From contig CM119264.1 of the NCBI GenBank assembly GCA_051294375.1, positions 19,599,590 to 19,663,589 of the forward strand: 64,000 nt of DNA, given 5' to 3'. Source of the stretch: Paraspadella gotoi. Its lineage: Eukaryota; Animalia; Chaetognatha. This document shows, piece by piece, positions 60,301-64,000 of this stretch. The position numbers and the translations under genes are program-made. Each line of letters starts with the position of its first letter. Within the stretch, counting starts at the first letter, position 1. The notes beneath the pieces are model-generated. The model was not told where the DNA came from. It saw nothing but the letters and a program-made list of their open reading frames with translations, and did not search any database.

Positions 60301-62749
60301 ATAAAATATTTAGAGATTCAAGAAGGAGAAGATGCTTTGATCTCATTAAAATTTGAAGGAAAACCTGAACCAAACTTAACCTGGGTTCACCAGAATATAA
60401 TTGTACATGACTCCGAAAAATATAAGATTACCTTTGATCATGCTTCCGGTTATACAAGTTTACTTATAAAAAATATTTCTTTAGCAGATAAAGGATCTGT
60501 ATGTTGCAAAATAACAAATATAGTAAGCCAGATAAAATCAACATGTGAATTAAAAGTTAATAAAAAAATTAAATTGATACCCCCAGTAATTCTAAAACCT
60601 CTAAAACCTAAGCAAATTGCAGTTGGAAAAGATTGCTTTCTGACTTGTGAATTTGAAGGCTCCCCTAAACCTTATCCTATATGGTACATGAATGATCAAA
60701 TTATTGATTCAAGATTCATAATTAATGAAAAGAATACTTCAAAATTAAATATAAAAAATTGTCAAACAAAAGATACTGGAGAATATACCTGTAAACTCGA
60801 GAACCCAGAGGGCGTTGCTGTTACCAGCACAACTGTTATTGTATTTACAAAACCAATATTTTTGGAAAAACTTCTCAGTAATTTAACTTTAGAAGAAAAT
60901 TCATTGATCTCCTTAAAAGTTGTTATTAGTGGACATCCATTTCCAGATATTAAATGGTTAATTAAAGACAAGTATGCAGATGAAAATGAGTATTCATTAG
61001 ATCCTGCCAATGGAATTTCTGTTTTAAGTATAAGTGCCAAGATGGCTCATTCCGGTTTGATTACTTGTAAGGCAAAAAATCTAGGTGGAGAAGTAAAAGC
61101 TTCCTGTAAAATTGTGGTAAAGAAATCAACTAAACCTGAATCACCTTTATTTACAAAAGTTCTTGATAAACAGTTAATATTTAAAAAAGGGTTATCATTA
61201 TCAGTTGACGTTGAAGTAAAGGGTAATCCCTTCCCAGAAATAAAATGGCTTCTAAACAACAATATAATTAAAAATGCTAAAAGCAATGTAGATAAAATTG
61301 GAGGATTATGCAGTTTAAAATTTTCTACAATGAAAGATGGTGATGAAGGAGAATTAAAATGTATTGCATCAAACCAGGAAGGTACAACTTTTACTGCATC
61401 ACAGATTAATTTGGCTGTGAAACCAAAAGTTAGTAATTGGCTTTCCAATATATTTGCTTTAGAAAATGAACCATTTTCTTTCACATGCAAGTTAGAAGGA
61501 AAACCTTTTCCAGATGTTAATTGGTTAAAAGATAATAGTCCTATTGAGAGTTCTTTAAAAATTAAATCTTTATTGGATTCTGATTCTGGCATCATTACAC
61601 TTCAAATTGAAAAAATGACAAGTTTGCTTACAGGCTCATACACTCTAGTTGCAAAAAATATTGCTGGTAATCTAAATCAATCATTTAACCTGGAAATTGA
61701 AAAAAATAACTCGATGCTATCTGAAATTAAAACACCACCAGTGTTTATGGAAGAACTTGCAAATCAGTGTGAATTTGAGCATAGTACTATTGTTTTAAAA
61801 GCTAAAGTCGATGCGAAAACTGTTCCACTAATTAAATGGTTCAAAGGTGATAAAGTTGTCAATGAAAATGAAAACTATCAAATTACAACAATAGGAAATG
61901 AATGTCATTTAATACTTAAAAATGTAGATTCTTCTTTCATTGATATTTATACATGTGAAGCAAGAAATGATTTTGGTGTTGCAAAAACCTCTGCTTCTGT
62001 TGTAGTGGATAAAAATAGGATGACTACTAAGAAAAAACTAGGTAGTCCTGCAATTAAAAACGAAAGTTTAGAAAAACTTTCAGAAGCTATTATAGCTAAT
62101 GAAATGGCTGAAAATAATAAAAAACTGGAAAAACCCAAAATTTTAAAAACATTGTTAAAATATGTTGAGGTAAAAGAAGGCGATTCTGTTACTTTTACAT
62201 GTAAGTTTAAAGGGGCTAACTTAGATGTTACATGGATTAAAGATGGTGATAAACTTGAAGAAAATAAAAATCTTGAAGTTGATACTGTTATCAATGGCAA
62301 TATCGGTCAGTCTTGCATAAAATCATTGCTTACCCCCTTAAGTTTTGCTGGAAATTTACTTTGTAGAATATCTAATGAGATAGGTGTTGTCAAAACAGAG
62401 TCTCTCATCACAGTGCTTCCTGGAATGCCGAATCTTAAGGGATTCAAACTGTCAAAACCAGAAGCACCATCTGTTTTAAAACCATTAGATAGCAAAGATA
62501 TTGAAGATTTTGCCCCATTAGAGATAAGTTGTATTTTTAAAGGATCAAAACCACTTTCTATAAAATGGTTTAAAGATGAATTACTCTTAACTGAAAGGAA
62601 AGGTTTAAGTCTAACCTATGAAGAAACTAATTGCGTTGCTAGTCTAAAATGGGATAAACTTCCAAAAGACATGCAGGGAACCTACAAATGTCAGGCTTTC
62701 AATAAAGTAGGCAAAGCAGAAACTCATGGTACTATTTGCTTCATATCAT
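16..62749 (+). CDS. Giant multi-exon titin/kettin/sallimus-like muscle protein gene (internal part, 35 exons, ~29 I-set Ig domains plus a novel repeat region)
   Basis: Manual splice tracing gives GT-AG introns with matching phases throughout. Recurrent I-set motifs: P.F/I...L, G.P.P.V.W.K, D.G.Y.C.A.N..G. No signal peptide, Fn3 or kinase domain seen. Orthology not assignable by eye. Confidence 0.92.
194..315 (+). CDS. exon 2 (E/K/P-rich linker)
   Basis: ttcag acceptor, AG|gtata donor, phase 0 to 2. Confidence 0.82.
384..583 (+). CDS. exon 3 (Ig domain N-part)
   Basis: GNPIPQVAWFK motif, phase 2 to 1. Confidence 0.92.
599..2708 (-). mobile_element. Non-autonomous Helentron/DINE-1-like element (family H1) with nested insertions
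   Basis: Ends AACAAGTTTGAGCAAAC..GTCGGATCTGC and GTCGGAATCTG..CAGATCCGACTAAAA; subterminal inverted repeat, terminal hairpin and GGAC-type microsatellite match the DINE-1/HINE layout. Confidence 0.75.
1546..2015. mobile_element. MITE with CAGTAGRGTGGAG TIRs and 2-bp TSD (aa)
   Basis: cagtagagtggag ... ctccaccctattg; homologous to 30854-31453 in reverse. Confidence 0.7.
2727..2806 (+). CDS. exon 4 (Ig C-part, DDQGTYFVRVFNKMG)
   Basis: cctcag acceptor, CAG|gtcag donor. Confidence 0.9.
3209..3349 (+). CDS. exon 5 (Ig N-part, FPPKFDVRL...GVPRPGVKWFK)
   Basis: own translation, phase 0 to 0. Confidence 0.9.
3731..4016 (+). CDS. exon 6 (Ig C-part plus next Ig start)
   Basis: EDKGVYECVAENKCG, donor G|gtgag. 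Confidence 0.92.
4093..5550 (+). mobile_element. Second Helentron-like repeat family (H2), rich in (CT)n
   Basis: 5' ATCGAGCCAG plus hairpin, 3' CTGGCTCGAT; internal blocks shared with 30340-30853. Confidence 0.55.
5640..5888 (+). mobile_element. Tc1-type transposase C-terminal fragment and right end
   Basis: Translates as MWKNISLLYFNSLYKSMPRQMQAVIDAKGGHTKY* (stop 5802-5804), a typical Tc1 C-terminus. Confidence 0.85.
6573..6737 (+). mobile_element. Short dispersed repeat, family T4 (other pieces 23159-23212, 24768-24892, ~33590-33611)
   Basis: Shared GAGACTGTGAGAGA..TCTTGATTGAAAGC and GATAGCTTATTTATTAAATG..TACCAATTTCAT. Confidence 0.75.
6624..6685 (+). ncRNA. Degenerate P5-type twister-like motif without P3
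   Basis: TATCTTGT-AA-GAGT-GATG-AGGCCC-TAA-ACC-ACC-AAA-GCATG-TCTA-AA-GT-CAGG-G-GCAAGATA. Confidence 0.5.
7101..7253 (+). CDS. exon 7 (Ig core, PPKATWYHNN...EDEGEYRCVVKN)
   Basis: own translation, phase 1 to 1. Confidence 0.9.
7636..7823 (+). CDS. exon 8 (Ig end plus next Ig N-part)
   Basis: PPRILTDLVD...YAWFKDG, donor CAG|gttag. Confidence 0.9.
7877..10527 (+). mobile_element. H1 Helentron-like copy with a nested long-inverted-repeat element (~7985-10375)
   Basis: H1 termini at both ends; GGGGATCTCATTTCTAAC (~8073) inverted at ~10300. Confidence 0.6.
10731..11516. mobile_element. Tc1/mariner-type MITE with TA TSD
   Basis: TA-CAGGGG..CCTATATCGAGACAAAACTT and AAGTTTTGTCTCGATATAGG..CCCCTG-TA. 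Confidence 0.85.
11886..12015 (+). CDS. exon 9 (Ig C-part, SDAGVYTVSISNG)
   Basis: ttcag acceptor, C|gtatg donor. Confidence 0.9.
12563..12598 (+). promoter_or_regulatory. Cluster of three TGCATG (Rbfox-type) splicing elements just upstream of exon 10
   Basis: TGCATG at 12563, 12572, 12593. Confidence 0.7.
12609..12785 (+). CDS. exon 10 (helical/coiled-coil insert, probable cassette exon)
   Basis: 177 nt, symmetric phase 1-1, DEEVIKARAQLKIDMVRLRIELDEQEKRD; alternative in-frame acceptor possible at 12639. Confidence 0.72.
13097..13181 (+). CDS. exon 11 (Ig start, KPQLTKKLQG)
   Basis: ctgcag acceptor, AA|gtaag donor. Confidence 0.85.
13443..13675 (+). CDS. exon 12 (Ig, CNWYKSG...DDAAEYTFRAKN)
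   Basis: phase 2 to 1, donor C|gtgag. Confidence 0.9.
13945..14190 (-). mobile_element. GC-rich multi-hairpin repeat, family T3 (deleted relative at 36311-36460)
   Basis: Shared AAAGCGAGAC, GGGCATCACA and TGCCAT motifs; several perfect hairpins. Confidence 0.6.
14002..14082 (-). ncRNA. P5-type twister-ribozyme-like motif
   Basis: GTTGGC-AAA-GCGA-GACCG-TCCTAGGG-TAA-CCGC-GCC-AGTGAC(7)GTCACT-GAGGG-TCGG-AA-GC-CCCC-AAA-GCCAAC. Confidence 0.72.
14305..14351 (-). ncRNA. Minimal type I hammerhead ribozyme (Penelope type)
   Basis: CTGATGA-A-GGCTC-gaatttat-GAGCC-GAAA-CATG-TC. Confidence 0.85.
14837..15843 (-). pseudogene. Penelope ORF remnant: linker plus GIY-YIG endonuclease plus C-terminal extension
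   Basis: LPYHQGITE..GAVYWAAC..YVGETGKSL..R..H..SAIAEH..REAIYI..LNRDGG; one in-frame TGA at 15260-15262, then the same frame continues into ORF 14837-15220. Confidence 0.88.
16837..17364 (+). CDS. exon 13 (linker plus divergent Ig, probable cassette exon)
   Basis: 528 nt, symmetric phase 1-1; LKDLTVAENSSVSL...FIWSHND...GGYKVVGLNSQG. Confidence 0.75.
18292..18494 (-). mobile_element. Family T2 tRNA-headed repeat, degenerate copy with twister-like motif at 18364-18441
   Basis: Aligns with 23513-23714. Confidence 0.75.
18495..19342. mobile_element. Foldback/MITE with ~220-bp imperfect inverted arms
   Basis: 18495-18720 is the reverse complement of ~19113-19342. Confidence 0.7.
19800..19961. 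repeat. Tandem duplication of an ~80-bp unit
   Basis: AAAAGATAGCTTTGAAA...TTTCTGGAC twice. Confidence 0.8.
20034..20265 (-). mobile_element. Family T1 tRNA(Gly-like)-headed repeat, copy 1
   Basis: tRNA-like head 20161-20233 with A/B boxes (TGGTGCCGGAGG, GGTTCTAGCCC); near-identical copies at 30069 and 35757. Confidence 0.85.
20085..20158 (-). ncRNA. P5-type twister-ribozyme-like motif
   Basis: GCAGTT-TA-GAGG-GACGG-GACGCT-TAA-CCC-GCC-TGTAACA(3)TGTTACA-GCCTGA-TCCG-AA-GC-TCAGA-GACTGC. Confidence 0.72.
20914..21016 (+). CDS. exon 14 (linker plus Ig start)
   Basis: tttag acceptor, AG|gtgag donor, phase 1 to 2. Confidence 0.85.
21411..22273 (+). mobile_element. H1 Helentron-like element, complete
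   Basis: Both termini, GTCC microsatellite, ~170-180-bp internal tandem unit. Confidence 0.8.
22328..22545 (+). CDS. exon 15 (Ig, GVPAPSTNWSFG...EDDGEYLF)
   Basis: phase 2 to 1. Confidence 0.92.
22836..22944 (-). mobile_element. Foldback mini-insertion (37-bp perfect arms) with Penelope-type tail
   Basis: Arms 22869-22905 and 22912-22948; direct repeat AATAAAAAACTTT at 22823 and 22945; CAACGAAAAG tail on the minus strand. Confidence 0.65.
23224..23309 (+). CDS. exon 16 (polyproline/basic linker)
   Basis: APPPPAPPPAKDKTKRPKIKR, phase 1 to 0. Confidence 0.85.
23513..23739 (-). mobile_element. Family T2 tRNA(Met-like)-headed repeat
   Basis: Head 23671-23739: A box TGGCTCATTGAG, CTCATGA loop, B box GGTTCAATCCC. 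Confidence 0.8.
23583..23662 (-). ncRNA. P5-type twister-ribozyme-like motif
   Basis: GTGGG-AA-GCGT-GAGGA-CGGCCG-TAA-GCC-GCC-TTGGGGG..CCCTCAA-GCCTGG-TTCC-AA-GC-CCAGG-A-CCCGT. Confidence 0.72.
25351..25509 (-). mobile_element. Penelope-type mini-insertion with minimal hammerhead (25401-25447)
   Basis: CTGATGA-A-GACTC..GAGTC-GAAA-CATG-TT; 13-bp TSD AATTTTAAAGTTA at 25338 and 25510. Confidence 0.85.
25663..25812 (+). CDS. exon 17 (PEVK-like, symmetric phase 0-0)
   Basis: YMLEWSSFEEEDEPEPVEK..., 150 nt. Confidence 0.8.
25912..26076 (+). CDS. exon 18 (linker plus Ig N-part, YPVIMTRMQDQTVKEGEPVRF)
   Basis: own translation, AAG|gtagg donor. Confidence 0.9.
27087..27986 (-). mobile_element. H1 Helentron-like element, complete, within other H1 pieces (26286-27050, 28320-28505)
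   Basis: Both termini present; close match to 21411-22273 in reverse. Confidence 0.8.
27990..28295 (+). repeat. 18-bp minisatellite AAAAAATGATGCAAGTTG (reverse copy 37220-37470)
   Basis: Direct inspection. Confidence 0.9.
28620..28895 (+). CDS. exon 19 (Ig C-part plus next Ig start)
   Basis: VIWYREG...EEGTFHCKIINKHG...PPRFISQ, CAA|gtaag. Confidence 0.9.
28960..29146. repeat. (CT)n microsatellite
   Basis: Direct inspection. Confidence 0.95.
29273..29480 (+). CDS. exon 20 (Ig, VKWFRNK...DTGMYEAIAEN)
   Basis: phase 0 to 1. Confidence 0.92.
29695..29846 (+). CDS. exon 21 (Ig N-part, GNPEPLYNWYMN)
   Basis: phase 1 to 0. Confidence 0.9.
30069..30300 (-). mobile_element. Family T1 copy 2, twister-like motif at 30119-30192
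   Basis: Aligns with 20034-20265; ACTGTAA direct repeat at 30063 and 30301. Confidence 0.85.
31911..31954 (+). ncRNA. Minimal hammerhead motif in a mini-insertion (~31876-32014)
   Basis: CTGAAGA-A-GGCTT..AAGCC-GAAA-CATG-TA, bracketed by inverted TTAGAGGCAATTTG. Confidence 0.75.
32165..32715 (-). mobile_element. Solo Penelope pLTR-like copy with hammerhead (32247-32293)
   Basis: Colinear with 14265-14800; CTGATGA-A-GACTC..GAGTC-GAAA-CATG-TC. Confidence 0.82.
32812..33557 (+). mobile_element. H1 Helentron-like element, complete
   Basis: Both termini present. Confidence 0.8.
33721..33904 (+). CDS. exon 22 (Ig C-part, SDSGHFIVKASN)
   Basis: ctcaag acceptor gives the correct Ig spacing; donor G|gtaga. 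Confidence 0.85.
33974..34149 (+). CDS. exon 23 (Ig N-part, CRFECGV...VQWLYND)
   Basis: own translation, phase 1 to 0. Confidence 0.88.
34299..34427 (+). CDS. exon 24 (Ig C-part, TDSGEYTCFITNDGG)
   Basis: aacag acceptor, GAT|gttag donor. Confidence 0.88.
34525..34877 (-). mobile_element. 3' fragment of a non-LTR retrotransposon (ORF2 C-terminus plus 3' UTR)
   Basis: LLTYGC...LNVALNDRISKIFGLNR..S.R.L resembles LINE post-RT regions; AATAAA near 34530. Confidence 0.6.
35130..35327 (+). CDS. exon 25 (Ig N-part, AAPSPDVTWYREG)
   Basis: phase 0 to 0. Confidence 0.92.
35757..35988 (-). mobile_element. Family T1 copy 3, twister-like motif at 35808-35881
   Basis: Aligns with copies 1 and 2; L4 TCCG changed to TCAG. 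Confidence 0.85.
36588..36763 (+). CDS. exon 26 (Ig C-part, HDSGLLTCKVDNKYG)
   Basis: phase 0 to 2. Confidence 0.88.
37095..38014 (-). mobile_element. H1 Helentron-like element carrying the 18-bp minisatellite
   Basis: Terminus GTCGGGATCTGCTGAAAAGCAGAGCCGACTAAAA, GGAC repeats. Confidence 0.75.
38045..38269 (+). mobile_element. Foldback mini-insertion: 91-bp perfect arms, A9 loop, 36-nt tail
   Basis: Arms 38043-38133 and 38143-38233; 14-bp TSD AAATTAATATGCTA at 38031 and 38270. Confidence 0.85.
38615..38870 (+). CDS. exon 27 (Ig, AFPRAVVTWYFNG...DTGTYSLKAEN)
   Basis: phase 2 to 0. Confidence 0.92.
39753..39987 (+). CDS. exon 28 (Ig, AYPEAKTCWYFND)
   Basis: phase 0 to 1. Confidence 0.92.
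40080..40782 (+). mobile_element. H1 Helentron-like element, diverged
   Basis: Degenerate 5' end, intact GCAGATCCGA..TTGTTTGCTCAAACTTGTT 3' end. Confidence 0.7.
41130..41316 (+). CDS. exon 29 (Ig end, linker, Ig start)
   Basis: GEYSIEAKNSSG, phase 1 to 2. Confidence 0.9.
41405..41622 (+). CDS. exon 30 (Ig, FEWYKHG...EDAGTYVVSVSN)
   Basis: phase 2 to 1. Confidence 0.92.
41685..41726 (+). CDS. exon 31 (42-nt linker exon, symmetric phase 1-1)
   Basis: tttag acceptor, C|gtaagt donor; DSTASRFPQKPVIA. Confidence 0.75.
41810..41888 (+). CDS. exon 32 (Ig start, EPKYVKGVTLDG)
   Basis: needed to bridge phase 1 to 2; TA|gtaaa donor. Confidence 0.75.
41952..42169 (+). CDS. exon 33 (Ig, GAPQPLITWFVNG...DSGEYTCMAEN)
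   Basis: phase 2 to 1. Confidence 0.92.
42426..42670. repeat. Tandem duplication of an ~123-bp AT-rich unit
   Basis: ATTTGATTACTATTAAATAAAATAAC...AAATTAAACAATAT twice. Confidence 0.8.
42981..43274 (+). CDS. exon 34 (complete Ig, symmetric phase 1-1)
   Basis: PKLTWFKND...DDEGSYMCQIDN. Confidence 0.9.
43354..62749 (+). CDS. exon 35, giant exon: unique E/K-rich region, ~103-aa repeat array, 12 tandem Ig domains
   Basis: tttag acceptor in frame with ORF 43302-46853; T|gtaagt donor at the end of ORF 55753-62757; internal frameshifts confined to the gapped repeat array. Confidence 0.85.
44790..56610 (+). repeat. Coding tandem super-repeat, 924-bp (308-aa) unit of three 104/102/102-aa subunits
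   Basis: Trp codon of WELPEEW at 44919, 45843, 46767; WEFPN at 45231; WEFND at 45537. Confidence 0.95.
48799..55945. other. Region with four 25-N assembly gaps (48799-48823, 50922-50946, 53437-53461, 55921-55945) and many 1-bp indels
   Basis: N runs seen directly; the same three repeat variants recur four times. Confidence 0.95.
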
Positions 62750-63024
62750 GTAAGTAAAAAGTATGAATATATTAATTTAATAAGTTTTGAAATTGATTTC
62801 AAAACTTATCATTAAGTCTCGTTACACAATGAATGTTTTTTTTTTCATGTCAATACATACTAAAGGTTATAAAAAAAATTTACCAAATGATCAACAAACA
62901 ACAAAAGAAAGGATTAATACAATTATCATACAATAATATAAGCAATTTAGGATAAATTTAATAGATAAAAAATAAAACTATAAAAATTAATATTAAAACA
63001 TTTGTAATCGAATTTACCAGTGCA

Positions 63025-63733
63025 TTTTTAGTCGGATCTGCAAATTCCGACTGTATAATTCACTTTGTCGGTCCGTCGGTACGCCCCCACAATTTTGTTG
63101 GTCATTCACTAAAATAATATCAGAACATCGAATTATGATAAATTATGCTTAAGGTAAGAAGAAAATTTTTGTAAAACAACAATTTAATTAAGATAGAATC
63201 GGACAAGTTTCTGCTCAGTTTTGATCCTTCATCAGCATTTGTGATAAATAATGCTGATGAAGGCTCATCTCAAAACTGAGCCAAAACATGTTCAATTCTA
63301 TCTAAATTAAATTGTTGTTTTACGAAAATTTTCATCTTACCTAAATCTAAACAAACAACAAAAAGAAAGGCTTAACACAAAGATAAATTATGCAAAAAAA
63401 CGATATCCGTCCGTCCGTCCGTCCCCCCTTATGCCAAATTAAAAATATAAAATTAATTTTATTTATAAAGTAATGTTCACTGGTAGTACGTTGTTCATAA
63501 TTAACAATTAGAATTTTCACACATTAAGAGTCTTATGGGTATACTATAAGATTTTATAGGTTTCAGAGATGGCACTTTTTTGCTTCTTTTACATCCTCTC
63601 TGACTTACCGTGTTATGACTATTGATTGTAAAATATAATGAAAAAAAATAGATATTTTACCATCTGATCTGATTTGCTGCTTACTGCATAATTATCGCGG
63701 GCAGATACGACATTGTTTGCTCAAGCTTCTTTT
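63025..63733 (+). mobile_element. H1 Helentron-like element with nested insertions
   Basis: Both termini present. Confidence 0.7.
63149..63381 (+). mobile_element. Foldback Penelope-type mini-insertion with two degenerate hammerheads in opposite orientation
   Basis: 12-bp TSD GATAAATTATGC at 63137 and 63382; CTGATGAAGG on both strands (63201-63240 minus, 63250-63296 plus). Confidence 0.8.
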
Positions 63734-64000
63734 TATTTTTTTTAAATTTATTTATTCAAAGGACGGGCCGGGGCATAGCCATAGGTCGCTCTTACAAATA
63801 ATCACATAGTAGGTTACGATATTAACAAATGATCACAGACATTAATTCAAAGTTACAATTAATGACATAGTAGCCTACCAAATGATCACTAAGGCGTAAA
63901 GTTGCAGATCAAATTTCGAATACAGTGTGTCCCAATGGTACTGTCAGTTAACTTTTACATATTGTACGGAACTGTGTTATTAAATGTTATTTCTGAGATA

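Noticed and set aside
43610-62495. Many minus-strand ORFs
   Set aside because: Antisense shadows of the long plus-strand coding exon; they repeat with it.
62880-62922. Apparent local copying of flank into the 63149 insertion
   Set aside because: The CAACAAAAGAAAGG sequence matches the Penelope-type tail also seen at 32165-32190, so it is more simply a separate remnant.

Overview
AT-rich animal (invertebrate-type) genomic DNA; the species cannot be determined from the sequence. The window is an internal part of one + strand gene for a giant titin/kettin/sallimus-like I-set Ig protein. I traced 35 GT-AG exons with consistent intron phases from 16 to 62749, encoding about 29 Ig domains, and the gene is open at both ends. 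The last exon (43354-62749 as assembled, probably about 12.2 kb in reality) carries an unrecognised ~103-aa repeat domain in triplet super-repeats (924 bp), then 12 intron-free Ig domains. Its middle has four N-gaps and looks redundantly assembled. The introns hold Helentron/DINE-1-like elements, MITEs, Tc1 and LINE fragments, a truncated Penelope-like element, and Penelope-type mini-insertions with minimal hammerhead ribozymes. The main discovery candidate is in the introns: four otherwise dissimilar short GC-rich repeat families, two with tRNA-derived heads, each contain a circularly permuted (P5-type) twister-ribozyme-like motif. Pseudoknot bases covary between families and P1 is reduced to a short palindrome, suggesting dimer-dependent, retrozyme-like RNAs. 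All alignments and folds were done by eye and need computational and biochemical confirmation.
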